NCBI RefSeq assembly: GCF_001194135.2
Contig: NC_068986.1
Location: 24,416,820-24,480,819, forward strand
Length of the DNA stretch: 64,000 nt
DNA from: Octopus bimaculoides
Lineage: Eukaryota
Reading direction: 5' to 3'
The position numbers were made by a program, and so were the translations under genes. This document shows, piece by piece, positions 25,629 to 38,720 of the stretch. The notes under the pieces were generated by a model. It saw only the letters and a list, made by a program, of their open reading frames with translations, was not told the origin of the DNA and made no database searches. Positions within the stretch are counted from its first letter, which is position 1. Each line of letters opens with the position of its first letter.

Positions 25629-25836
25629 GATTCCAAGCAGAAGTAACGTGCTGTTACGAGTTCGACATCACTGAAGGCTACAGGGGGTTTACGGAGATGA
25701 CATCATTCAGAAGTGCAATGTGTACAGTTGCCTAGAGAAGTTTAAAGAGCAAACTGACATTGAAAACAAACCACGCAATGGGAGACAACCAGCTGCGACG
25801 ATTGTCAAATTCGTGCCAACAAACAAGTTGTAATCC
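25629..25836 (+). mobile_element. Mariner-type transposase N-terminal HTH remnant
   Basis: DSKQK*RAVT/(fs)/LQGVYGDDIIQKCNVYSCLEKFKEQTDIENKPRNGRQP matches the mariner pattern KQRAVI.F...VYG....V..W..FK.G.....D.PRSGRP. Confidence 0.7.
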
Positions 25837-26422
25837 CTACAACTTGAATTGCAGTTACGATGCATCACAGAAGATGGTGAAAGACTGAGTATCGGAAAAT
25901 GTACAACAATATTATGACACATATGGGGTGAAAGCTGCGGTGAAGAATTGAATATGGAATGCACAAGTGAATGTCTCAAAGAGGATTCGAAAGCCTTTAT
26001 CAGCGATATTGTAAATGCATTGCGACATAGGTAACATTGAATAAAACATTTAATGTTGTTTCAATTCTATCTACCGGATATTTATTCAACCAAATGGCAA
26101 TTCACAATAGCAGTGAGAGTTTTTTATTTACTGTTTCGTATATCGGAGGCGACAAATCTCGTCTGGACACGTGGCTAGCAGCTGGTACACGCTCTGACAA
26201 GCCTTAACTTGTCCGCAATGCATCTGGCGTCTTCGCTAGCCGTTACTGAGATCTTTCACTTTCCTTAAATGTATATTGATTTTGAAGCACGGCACATCCA
26301 CAAGAATCTATATTGGAGAATTAAGGCAGTATGTTGTCTTTGAGAAACCTATATATATCACGTATGAGACATTCGTGGCTATATTTTTTTATTCGGTTTT
26401 AAATGCGTATACAGTATATATA

Positions 26423-26480
<58 letters not shown>

Positions 26481-29087
26481 TGTGCCATTATGCAGTTGTT
26501 TATATCCGTTCGTATATTTTTTTCTTATATATACTATTGTGCATATGCAAAACACGAACTCATGAAGACATGCTGTAGTGTGTGAAGAGGAAGAGGAAAA
26601 AGAGACAAAAATAAATGGAAGCATATCCACCGAAAACGATGTAATACATTTAAGGTTATATCAATGTTAATAAAATTTTAAATAGGAAAACTATAATTAA
26701 TTTACATCAACCGATTTTAAACATAATATTGCGCATATGCAAAACATGAAAGCAAGAAAACATGCGAGAGTGAAGGAGAGAAATATAAATGTTAGCTTAT
26801 CAGACAAAATTATTGTAATACCATTAAAGATATATTAATACTAAGATAATTTAAATAAGAAAAATATATTTAATTTACATCAACCGATTTCAGCATTTGT
26901 TATCACTCATGAATTTATTATTTACAGAATGAATGATCATTTTTAATCTTTTTAAAGAATTAACAAATGTATTTCTTGAAAAACGCAGAGAAGTCGTCCG
27001 TTAATATATCAGAGATAACTTCTTTTGCAAACCGTTAATATAAATTATTTTCATATTTCAAGTTATCTTCATATTCAATCGTAAATTTATATTTCAAGTT
27101 ATCTTCGCATTCAGTTTTAAGTTCATCATTATAAATCTATTTGCTTTTTGTCAGTTTTTTATTAAAGTTTTTGAAGTTTATTTTGATCAGCCACCTGTTT
27201 GATAACAATATTCTAAAGAATGTATTGTAAAATAAAAGATGACGTCTTTTCGCCATACTTTCTGCACTTATGCAAACATTTCATTTTAAACCCTCTGTAT
27301 AGTATTCTGATTGCGATCGTCAGTAATGTAAGAGAAATTCTAAAGCATTAAACTTCAATCAGACGTTGACCCAAGAAGACCAGTGCATGTACTGTCGCTC
27401 CATTACTAATGGAATTAAATCTTAGTCAGTATATTGGATGGTAGATAGTATTAGATTCCTCTTTTATGTTCCATGGATAACTTCTGCCACGTGTACTTCT
27501 TTAAGCATCTGTTTGTATTTCGTAGTCGCATACAATTACGTCATACGGAGCGGAATATAATTTAGGTGTTGGTCCACTGATATCCTTTGGTTATTTCAAG
27601 GTGTTCATCTTTATTGCTTGTCATTTTTTTAACGTCATTCCATTGTGCAAATTTTTTGGCTTTGCATCCTATATATTTGTTTTCAACTGGTACTTTCTGT
27701 TTCTTCATTACTTGAAATTAACCGTCCGCATTCTCCGTGTCAAGCTTTCAGTGAGGTTTATTAATTTCATGGTCTGTTGCTTTCATTTTCTGTGCTCATG
27801 TATGGGCTTCACAGTGGATTGAATATAATTTGGTTTTGTAAGATTTATCAAACTTTCTCGGAAAAAATTCAGTTTTGGCTTTTTATTTCATGGTTCTACT
27901 GCAGGTAATTATCGTGCTCAGGCATTCTTATGCTCTTATCTGAAATTTTGGATAACAATATTGCGAGGTTGTTTTCTGTTGTAGGGGTTGATACATTACT
28001 GAAATCCGGATTCCATAAGGTGTTAATACAGATTTACACTCACAGCTACGATCCTGTCGTGAGTGATTAAATAATTCTACATATTCATGGATACTGAAAT
28101 ATTTAATAATGCTAGTAATTACCAAGTTCTTACAGGTATAAATGTTTGCAAGTAAATGTTGGCCTGAAGCAGCAAAGAAACGGTACTCTTTGGTATCGTT
28201 AATCAAAAATTTTAATTAGTGTCAGGGTCAGTACTAAATCAAAAACAAAGGCGACAAATCTGCAAGAAACGCTATGCACTGGAAGGAAAATCTTCAGGAC
28301 CTTACTGTTAACCCCAGCATTTTCTGATAGCTGCACAGAAATTCTTATTGAACATGAGTGGAAAAAAATTATGATTCTATTAACTCAGTAATGTACTGAA
28401 AAATATAAATGAAAAGCATAAATTACAAATTCAGACGTCTAAAATACAGAGACATGCATTCAGGGTTCGTTCAAGTTTTTAATGTTGTATAAAATAAAAA
28501 CCCAATTGATAAATATACTGAAAGCAACTTAAGTGTGACTAAAACTTGAATTTACATTTTGTACTGCCACTATGGCTATAGTGGGACTAAATATTAAAGA
28601 TTGTCGTAATGGTGAAAGCAGGAAATGTATACAATAAATTGTTCTTGCACCGTATGCACTAACTGGTATTAATGTAACTGGTATTTTCCTTGTCTTTCTA
28701 TAAGAATTTATAGGGTTATTTTTGGACACGTTCTTTTCTTTGAAGAATATAACGCACTTTTCATACCTTGCAATACAAGCAGCTTTAGCACATACCTTTT
28801 GCTTGATAGTTTCTATAGTGGCGTCGATGTCAAGTATGATTTTCAGATTACATTTTTTCTTTAATTTTCGGATTTTTACTGGTTTGATAGTGTTTTCAAA
28901 CTTAAGGTTTTTTAAACATTCTATGTAAAACCTAAGTAGCTGAACTTGGTGTTGAATACGCTCTTGCCAGTAGGCGTTTTGTGGAAATGTTGTTTTCTAA
29001 TCTTTTCACCACATAGAATCGTTGAGATTTTCGCTGATGCATAGTACATCTGGTTGAGATCTGTAATATCAACATCACTAGCTGAAA

Positions 29088-29147
<60 letters not shown>

Positions 29148-29240
29148 TATTACTGATACTACTAAAACTACTACTATTACTTCTACTGCTAATACTATTA
29201 ATACTACAGCTATTACTATTGCTACTATTACTACTACTAT
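29088..29240. repeat. (TTA)n followed by degenerate (TAC)n
   Basis: Direct reading. Confidence 0.94.
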
Positions 29241-29687
29241 GAAAAATATATATAAGATGCTGCCATGAACATATATGTAACATCAATGTAGTCTGCTTGA
29301 AAGAAAAATTGAAGTCATGTTAACTATATAAAGCTGCGGTCTCTAGCTCCCACAGGTCATAATTTCTCATACAATCTCTATTATTCACCAACCAGATTTA
29401 TTGGCAAAATCAGATAACGGCACCTGTGGTCGCCAGCTATATTTTGTCTAGTAACATGGAATCACAAATTGATGCTAACTGGTCACGTGCACTGTATACC
29501 GATGTGTTCATAAGCAAATGTAAAAGCATTACTGTTGTATTATGGGACATTCCATTGAGATTTATAATAACGTCTGATTACGCTTCTATATTTTTGCTTC
29601 AAATGTATTAAGATTTCGTAATGTTAGTCATGCACTTCTCTAGTGTATTAGTAAAATCATTGAAATAAAACTAGATTATAAACGAAA

Positions 29688-29845
29688 GACGTGACTGTGT
29701 GGTAAGAAGTGAGCTTCCCGGCAACATGCTTACGGGTTCAGTTCCACTGCATGGCAGCTTGGACAACTGTCTACTACTATAGCCTCGGGCCGACAAAAGC
29801 CTTGTGAACGGATTTGATAGATGGAAAGGGAAAAGAAGCCCATGC
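29688..29845 (+). mobile_element. SINE family S2, 5' half
   Basis: gtgactgtgtggtaagaag...gggttcagttccactgc...ctatagcctcgggccgacaaaagccttgtgaacggatttg. Confidence 0.85.
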
Positions 29846-29959
29846 ATGGAAGATGGGCGTTACACGATGATGATGATGATCATGATCATGATATATTTAC
29901 ATTTCAGCTATGTAACTACACACGTGCTTTTCCTGGACTTTTTTTCCTTCCTTCTCTAG

Positions 29960-30110
29960 ACTTTTCCTTTTTCCTATTTCTGACGAAGTGCGATGCTCGA
30001 AGCGTAAAAAATCCATTCTTTTTTCCATCTTTACTGAGCGTCGAGCTAATACATTCCATATATAAGACTTTGTTGTTTTGCTTTTTTATTATTTTTAACG
30101 TTCGATTTTG
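29960..30110 (+). mobile_element. Related short repeat carrying a minimal hammerhead-like motif
   Basis: CTGACGA-A-GTGC-GAT-GCTC-GAAGC-GTA at 29980-30006; downstream ctgagcgtcgagctaatacat parallels cgagcgttaaactaatacat at 49598-49617. Confidence 0.6.
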
Positions 30111-30204
30111 TTAATGCATAGTTTTTAATGTTCGGTCTGTGTGTGTATATGTAAGTGCGTGTGTGTGAATGTGTGTGTGAATGTGTCTGTGCGGGTGTGT
30201 CCAT

Positions 30205-30325
30205 GTTCTTGGACACTGCAGCCATGCTTGAGCACCGCCTTAGAGGGTTTTTAAATTGGAGAGATCGGCCACAGGACTTACTGTTTGTAAGCCTAGCACT
30301 TATTCTATCGATATCCTTTGCCGCT
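30205..30325 (-). mobile_element. SINE family S2, 3' fragment
   Basis: ctgcagccatgcttgagcaccgcc...caggacttactgtttgtaagcctagcacttattctatcg matches 52581-52665. Confidence 0.8.
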
Positions 30326-31352
30326 GATCAGAAGGAAAGTAAGAAACTCAAGTTAAGAAAAGAAATATGGCCGATGATATATATATATATANNNNNNNNN
30401 NNNNNNNNNNNNNNNNNNNNNNNNNNNNNNNNNNNNNNNNNNNNNNNNNNNNNNNNNNNNNNNNNNNNNNNNNNNNNNNNNNNNNNNNNNNNNNNNNNNN
30501 NNNNNNNNNNNNNNNNNNNNNNNNNNNNNNNNNNNNNNNNNNNNNNNNNNNNNNNNNNNNNNNNNNNNNNNNNNNNNNNNNNNNNNNNNNNNNNNNNNNN
30601 NNNNNNNNNNNNNNNNNNNNNNNNNNNNNNNNNNNNNNNNNNNNNNNNNNNNNNNNNNNNNNNNNNNNNNNNATATATATATATATAATATATATATTGT
30701 AAATGAAAGACGGTAGATGGAATATACGAGAATTTTTATTATTAATCACCACAATTGTTTCGACACATCAAGCATCGATCTCTCACGTGTGTGACATTTC
30801 ACAACTAGTTCAGGAGCATCCGGCGGTGCAGATGTATCACATCGGATGCTAAATTGATACAACTTGTTAAAATTACAGTTCCACAAAGTGTCTTCTCATT
30901 TCGAACAAAGAAAAGCAGCAAAACGAAAGAGATATTTTCATTTATAGAGAATATCAAAAATAAAATCACAGATGCAAAAAAGAAACGAACACGCAATACA
31001 GCGAGAAAAGTATTAAAAATTATCGCTAACAGATATGGATATATAAACGCCCTCGCGCAAGATGTTTTGCTCGTGCACACTCGCTGATACATGTATCCGC
31101 GAAAATATAAGCATGCGCACACGTGTGGCTTGGTGCACTCACAATCACAAAGCGAGCTAAATAGCTATTTGGTGTTTATAAGAATGAGGAGGTTAAAGCG
31201 AAACTTAATTCATCTATCCCTTAAAATAAATTATGATAACATTTACTCAAATTCATTCTCACTGCGTTGTGAGAAAGTACAGTTATATGCGTGTACGCAT
31301 CTTGAGAGTCTTTCAGAAATTCTATTAATGATCTTCTCATTGGTCCACAGAA

Positions 31353-31738
31353 GGAGGCGCAATGGCCCAGTGGTTAGGGCAGCGGACTCACGGTCATAGA
31401 ATCGCGGTTTCGATTCCCAGACAGGGCGTTGTGAGTGTTTATTGAGCGAAGACACCTAAAGCTCCACGAGGCTCCGGCAGGGGATGGTGGTGAACCCTGC
31501 TGTACTCTTTCTCCACAACTTTCTCTCACTCTTACTTCCTGTTTCTGTTGTGCCTGTAATTCAATGGGTCAGCCTTGTCACACTGTGTCACGCTGAATAT
31601 CCCCGAGAACTACGTTAAGGGTACACGTGTCTGTGGAGTGCTCAGCCACTTACACGTTAATTTCACGAGCGGGCTGTTCCGTTGATCGGATCAACTGGAA
31701 CCCTCGTCGTCGTAAGCGACGGAGTGCCAACAACAACA
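31353..31738 (+). mobile_element. SINE family S1, full-length tRNA-derived SINE with 14-bp TSD
   Basis: A-box TGGCCCAGTGG at 31363-31373; B-box-like GGTTTCGATTCC at 31406-31417; 3' stem-loops and (CAA)n tail; TSD attggtccacagaa at 31339-31352 and 31739-31752. Confidence 0.96.
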
Positions 31739-32407
31739 ATTGGTCCACAGAATAGTCAGAGATTTCTCAGGTACTGTCATTCCTGATTCACTGAGAAATA
31801 TCAGCGATAGCGCGATATTTTCATAATGGCCGTGATATTCTCGTTCCTGCGTTGACAAAAAATGATACCAGTAATAAATACATTTAACGTATAGAACAAT
31901 TTTTTAAATGGCCACGAGATATAGCATACGAATGTAAGCCTTCTAAAATTACCAAATAAAATCGGCAAAAACAAATGTTATAATTTCGTAAATTTATCTA
32001 TGTCATTATGACAGCGTCTATTCTAATCTGTAACGATTTATTGGTAGTATTGTTTTGGTAGGATTGAAACAGATTACTTGTTAATACAGAAAGCAACGAA
32101 ACACAAGCAACAGACTAATATTGGTATATTTTGGATTATTACATAGTACTAAATAAATTTAGGTTGTTAGCACAAAGACTTTGTCACTTGATTGAAATTG
32201 TAAGATCAGGGCAAATGCTAAATTATAATCATATGTATGACGTCTATAATTAGATTTATTTGAACACTACAAAGAAACCTTATCCATCATCAAAGACAAG
32301 GAATTATGCGTACAGAAGCACATTGAGAAGCGCGTAACTAACATATAAGCGTTATAGATATTTTCACATAGACGCATATATATTTATGTGTGTATCTCAC
32401 TCTCATT

Positions 32408-32451
<44 letters not shown>

Positions 32452-33457
32452 NNNNNNNNNNNNNNNNNNNNNNNNNNNNNNNNNNNNNNNNNNNNNNNNN
32501 NNNNNNNNNNNNNNNNNNNNNNNNNNNNNNNNNNNNNNNNNNNNNNNNNNNNNNNNNNNNNNNNNNNNNNNNNNNNNNNNNNNNNNNNNNNNNNNNNNNN
32601 NNNNNNNNNNNNNNNNNNNNNNNNNNNNNNNNNNNNNNNNNNNNNNNNNNNNNNNNNNNNNNNNNNNNNNNNNNNNNNNNNNNNNNNNNNNNNNNNNNNN
32701 NNNNNNNNNNNNNNNNNNNNNNNNNNNNNNNNNNNNNNNNNNNNNNNNNNNNNNNNNNNNNNNNNNNNNNNNNNNNNNNNNNNNNNNNNNNNNNNNNNNN
32801 NNNNNNNNNNNNNNNNNNNNNNNNNNNNNNNNNNNNNNNNNNNNNNNNNNNNNNNNNNNNNNNNNNNNNNNNNNNNNNNNNNNNNNNNNNNNNNNNNNNN
32901 NNNNNNNNNNNNNNNNNNNNNNNNNNNNNNNNNNNNNNNNNNNNNATATATATATAAATTGTAACTGAAAACACACGCACTCTCATAAGTGAATTTACAT
33001 AACTATTGACATACACATGGTTATCATTACGAATTCAATTTGCAAGTGATAACGTCGCGCCGCAAGTACTTGCATAATTTTAAATTACATTATATCGCTG
33101 TACAACTCGAGACAACTACGTAGAGATCAGGTTATCATCAAGTGGCTTTGATGGTATTTACTTCATTTATAAAATCACTTGAAGTATCTAATGTAGTGTA
33201 CGTAGATTTCGTTGTTGTTTCCCGAAGCATTTTACAAGGGTCCACTAATATCTAACACTTTTGTAATTTACAGATCTTAGCTAAACTTGCCTAAAAACAG
33301 AGAAAAGTTCGTAACTCACGTTTTATTCCTAGCTGTACATACACGCATACATATATAAGCGTGTCTTTATATTTGTCTGATTGCTTTGTACGCCCACAAG
33401 TATGCGTTGTATCTATCTATCTATTTATCTATCTATCTGTCTGTATGTCTCTCTGTC

Positions 33458-33497
<40 letters not shown>

Positions 33498-33904
33498 NNN
33501 NNNNNNNGTGTGTGTGTGTGTGTGTGTGTGTGTCTGTGCGTGTGTCTGTGTGTGTGTCTGTGTGTGTGTTTGGGTGTGTGTACACAGGGACAGACAGACA
33601 TTCAACGCAATTTACAACTTCTGAATTGATATATTATTTTGAATGTCTCATTCCTAAGGAGATTTCTTTGTACATTACAGTACTCATTACCGTGGTACGT
33701 GTAGTATCCACATCCAGTCTCTCCTCCTCCTTTTACTACTACTAATAATACAACTAATACTACAACTACTACTTATATAACCACCATCATCTCTATTACC
33801 GCTGCTGTTATTATTACTCCTTCGAATACTGCTGTTGGCGTCAAGTACAGCAAAAGTTTACTCTGTTGAATATTTCTCTAATCTATTGTAAGTAGAAATC
33901 ACCT

Positions 33905-33914
33905 TCCCTTTCAC

Positions 33915-33980
<66 letters not shown>
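33905..33980. repeat. (CT)n microsatellite
   Basis: Direct reading. Confidence 0.96.
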
Positions 33981-33983
<3 letters not shown>

Positions 33984-35442
33984 CCTCTTCTCGAACTTTG
34001 TTCTAGTGAATGAATCCTCAACTCATATCTGGTTCGTTCCCTGCGTAGACTTCCTCGCAGATAGGGGCTCTTCATGAAATACATCGCTCATTTTTTACAT
34101 GATTTCACAATTTGCGTGAGTGAGAGCATTTTTATTTTTTGTCTTCCCCATTGTTCCTGATTGCTTATCACTCCTGTCCTTCCTTTATCTGCTTCCCATT
34201 GTTGCAAGAAAATGGAGTGATTCCAACTGCTATGGAGGAGGAAGATCCTCGTCACCATTTTCTGACATTGTGAACGAAACGATTCCTTTGAACATCATCA
34301 AAACTCTAATAATGATCGAACTGGTAGTATTCAGGAGGCAACAATTTTTGTTACCGCATTTCTTTTTATATTTGCCTCTGTTGATGGTTACTTTCTTTCT
34401 AAGCATTTCTATTTCTCTTAGAAATATCTTAAACAGTTATACCACTCAAATGTATAATATCTGCTGGATTTTCTTACCTGTATCACTAAACTCAATGCTT
34501 TCATTTCCACAATCAGGAGAATACACAGCTCTGGGATATCTCGGTGATCTTCAGGATCCCTGTCTCCATGAAAAGTTCACACGAACAAGTTTCATTCTAG
34601 ATTACTTCGGGGCTGATCAATGAGTCCCATTGAGCGGCAACGGATACGATAATCTAAGTGTCGACATCATTAGCAATATCTTATGGTACAATTATTCTCT
34701 AACGTCGTTCCATGAATTACGGCACCAACTTATTGCCAGTCTGTTGTCTTGCTTCGATAAAATATGTACACCATATTGCCGACCACAGCTTCTTTTACTT
34801 CCTATTTTGAGCATATATTGGACACGACTATTTCCCTACAGACACAGTTATATTTCTTTCCTCATTGACTTCGACGAAATCATAAAGTAAGAAAACAGAA
34901 CTTTAGGTTAACTATCTCACGGCCTCCATTTTGGGATTGAGTTGATTCATGACTAATATTAGTATCTCGCTCGTCACACCAGCAGAAATGACATTGTGCA
35001 TTGTCTCTGTGTTACATTTATCGTTAGCAATACTTGTGCATGTTTTAGTCTGAAAGTCAATGTTTACAAATACATTCGCTGGAAGAATTCTCATTTTTCT
35101 GTGCATTTATCAAAGTCTTAATATTTGTGCTTGTAGCTACGTCTGTTTATACAATTGTCATCGTCATTCTTATTTGTTTGACTTTTTTAAAAACATTTTT
35201 TATCATAATTTTCAACGTTTTTCTCCGAATTCTTAGAAACTTGTTTACGAAATATGATCTGAAAATGTCTAAGGACAAACAATATTTTCTTTCCAGGGTA
35301 AACAGATTGTACATCGAAATGTTCCAAAGACTTCTGTTGGAAAAATAATCCAAAAGGAGAAAAAATTTCATCCAGAAAAAAGTTGGTAATAATCCAATTT
35401 CTTCGAGACCAGCACAAGAGATTTCTGTGCACGACAAAACAC

Positions 35443-35454
35443 GACGACGACGAC

Positions 35455-35499
<45 letters not shown>

Positions 35500-35570
35500 A
35501 ATGATGATGATGATGATGATGACGACAACGACGACGACAACAATAATAACAAGAATAATAATAACAATGA
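35443..35570. repeat. (GAC)n/(GAT)n/(AAT)n compound microsatellite
   Basis: Direct reading. Confidence 0.95.
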
Positions 35571-35790
35571 ATGAAAATAATAAAATAACCTGCATTACTT
35601 GCTCCATGCAGAACAGAACGAACACTATGATGACAAGAAACACGATAAAGAAAACCCACAACAGAACGCATTAATGTAGTGTGCCAAGAAATATAAGAAC
35701 ACATATCTACATTCACATCCATCTCAGGAATAGACAGGTGTAGTAGGAACTTGCAGGAATCTACCGATCAGATTAATGATAATAATAACT

Positions 35791-35990
35791 ACAGGCATGA
35801 GGCCTGAAATTTTGGGGAAGGGGCTAGTCGATTATATCGATCCCAGTGCGTAAGGGGTACTTATTTTATCGACCCCGAAACGATGAAAGGCAAAGTAGAC
35901 CTCGGGAGAATTTGACCTCTAATCATAAAACGAACGAAATAGCGTTAAGCATTTTGCCCGGTGTACTAACGATTCTGACATCTCACCACC
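35791..35990 (-). mobile_element. SINE family S3, full-length, diverged
   Basis: gtacttattttatcgaccccgaaacgatgaaaggcaaagtagacctcgg...agcattttgcccggtgtactaacgattc is the reverse complement of S3. Confidence 0.9.
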
Positions 35991-36102
35991 TAGTATCCTA
36001 GTCATAACACCAACTTGATCTTGTAACTTGTTGTCACTTGAAATCTCTGGATGAGACTTGAAGTCAACTTGTACAAATATAAAGCAAAAGACAAACATAT
36101 AG
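35991..36102 (+). mobile_element. 3' UTR fragment of REL-type (R4/Dong-like) LINE
   Basis: cttgaaatctctggatgagacttgaagtcaacttgtacaaatataaagcaaaagacaaacat closely matches 42030-42091, the 3' UTR following a REL ORF end. Confidence 0.8.
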
Positions 36103-36238
36103 CCAGGATGGGCCACTCGACTTGAAGAAATTTTAACTGAGCCCCACCTGCAAGTTCATGCGCTGTTTATTTTGAGAAGATTAGCATGATCCTTGCATGA
36201 GGATGACACGGAGAGTCATGATGCATATCATATTGTTT

Positions 36239-36406
36239 AGGCGCAAGAGTGGTTGTGTGGTAAGTAGCTTGCTTACCAGACACATGGTTCCGGTATCAGT
36301 CCCACTGCGTAGCACCTTGGTTAAGTGTCTTCTCCTATAGCCTCGGGGCCGACCAAAGCGTTGTGAGTGGATTTGATAGACGGAAACTGAAAGAAGCCTG
36401 TCGTAT

Positions 36407-36476
<70 letters not shown>

Positions 36477-36686
36477 ATGTTTGTGTTCGATTCCCCACCA
36501 TCGCTTGACAACCGATGCTGATGTGTTTACGTCCCCGTAAATTAGTGGTTCGGCAAAAGACATCGATAGAATAACTAGGTAGGCTTACGAAGAATAAGTT
36601 CCGGGGTAGATTTGTTCGACGAAAGGTGGTGCTCCAGCATGGCCGCAGTCAAATGACTGAAACAAATAAAAGAATAAAAGAATAAA
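36239..36686 (+). mobile_element. SINE family S2, full-length
   Basis: tRNA-like head ggcgcaagagtggttgtgtggtaagtagc...ggtatcagtcccactgcg, internal TA/GT microsatellite, tail ccagcatggccgcagtcaaatgactgaaacaaataaaagaataaaagaataaa. Confidence 0.95.
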
Positions 36687-36749
36687 CGAATAATAATGAT
36701 CAATACCACAGATTTGCTTATTAGTTGCTTTATTATTATTATTATTATT

Positions 36750-36946
36750 CAGTAGTTTTACTTTTATAACGTGCTTTCACTTCACTACCGAGCGCAGCTC
36801 TGTGCGCCTTGGGTATGTGCTGTGGTTTGCTGTGGTGCTCTTATGTTTACTGTATTGAAAGTGTTTTGCGTAGAATGTGTGCAGTACCCAGTAGTGCAAT
36901 TTTCTGTATGTTATATATATTTGTAAGTCCTGGTGTTTTTGTTATG

Positions 36947-36954
<8 letters not shown>
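36750..36954 (-). mobile_element. 5'-truncated R4/Dong-like LINE (ORF C-terminus plus 3' UTR) inserted in a TAA array
   Basis: Minus strand 36954-36847 reads NKYITKTPGLTNIYNIQKIALLGTAHILRKTLSIQ*, homologous to the REL-LINE terminus at 41753-41909; flanked by (TTA)n at 36729-36749 and 36950-36978. Confidence 0.88.
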
Positions 36955-36978
<24 letters not shown>

Positions 36979-38206
36979 GCCTTTGCACAGCTTCTAACGC
37001 TGGAGATGTACTACGGTGTCAGTTATTCACTACTTTAGTTCACTGGTATGTCTGAATTTCTCTTGGAGAAGCTGCTATGCTTAGCTCTGAAAAACATGGA
37101 GAAGGACACTCACTCTATTTCTTTCTTCACAGAAATGGAGCAGGTTTGAGCGAAGAATCTGCGAACTCGTGCGAAGAGAAAGATAGTGATATACGCATAA
37201 AACCATCCAAGAAGATTTCAAGCTATCTTTAGGCGTTTTCTTAGTATTTCCGTTGTGTCTTTTGAAGAAAACATTACTAGATCACGATAGAAGAGGTTTC
37301 ACTTGGTGCTTGTATGTTGTCTAATCAAATACCACCACAAGCGTCTTTTACTTTTACTCCTTCTATCCAAATGCAGTAGTGGATCAAATCGCCAATATCT
37401 CGCTCTAGAAGATATGAACATTTATTCCTATATTAGAAAGCAAATTACTTTTAAGCACGCGAAATATCCTTCAGAGACTTTGCCGTTCATTCATCTGCTA
37501 ACGATAAAATAAATACCAGCCAAATATGGTGCCTGATTCAATCGACTTTTCCTTCCTAGAAATTGTTAACATTTTACCAAAGTTATAAATCGATATTCCT
37601 TTGTTATTTCCACTTTGAAAGACTCGCAATGCATTATAGATGATTATAGATGCTAATCAGGAAAATATAAATAAAACATGCACTCAAGTAGAATTCAAAT
37701 ATCAAGATTTTATTCCCAAGGTTTGATGAATGCATATATTTATAAATTATATAAGAGAAGAATTGAAATTACAAAATTTACGAAACAGATGTGAAATTTA
37801 TGCAACACTGATACAGAAAATCTAATGCTTCTACCAGAATTCTTGAAACATATTTCATTCTATATATCTACACTTATGAACAGTTAAATAACCTTTCAAA
37901 AGTGAGAATTTCTAAGCAAATGCAAATTACATACAATGTACACGCAGCAAATATAAATGTTAAAATATATGTGCAGATCGTTATGGGATTTAATACTCTT
38001 TAGAATCGCGTAAAAAGTTTTGTTAGATATATGCACTGGGGCTCACTAAATGATAAGAATAGAAAGAAAAGAAAACATTTGTCAGTTACAAATATATCAT
38101 CTGTATGTATCTCAAATCTGATGCAGTTATATATTGTCTTAAGACACAATATAGAAACTGCACTAGATCACAGATACGTATAAAAACACATACACATACA
38201 GGTTCA

Positions 38207-38352
38207 GACGTAAGTGTGCAGCAAGAAGTAGTTTAGGGTTCAGTCCCACTGCTTGGCACCTTGGGAAAGTGTCTTCTACTATGTTCACGAGCTACCTAAA
38301 GCTGTGCGTGTAGCTTTGCTTGAAAGAAACTGAATGAAGCCCGTTGTACATA
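38207..38352 (+). mobile_element. SINE family S2, degenerate 5' half
   Basis: gggttcagtcccactgcttggcaccttgggaaagtgtcttctactat. Confidence 0.7.
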
Positions 38353-38720
38353 TGTGGGGGTTCGTGTGCGTGTGTGTGGTGGTACGTTCTCACACTCTAC
38401 AAGGTGGGATAAATTCATTTATTTTATCATTAATAATGAAATTCATGGGTAAGCAACCTGGTTTGGTGGTTTGGTATTCGAGAGCCCTCTCTAGCATGTA
38501 AGGAGTCCACATGGTAGTCTCCTCTCCGGGTATAAATTCTTATACACAATTATATTATAAAAATATTTATGGCTTCTGACTTTTATTACGCATGCTAATC
38601 ACAAGTATACATTATTTATTTAATATTTTTTACCCTGTTGAATATTTAAATTCTTCGGCAGATAACACTCGGTTTAATTCATTCACTGCTGTACTAGTCT
38701 GGCTCTGCATGTTAGTTGAG

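Noticed and set aside
34120-34890. 167-aa and 86-aa ORFs in unique sequence
   Set aside because: Leu/Phe/Ser-rich composition typical of AT-rich non-coding frames; no motifs or coherent splice structure on either strand
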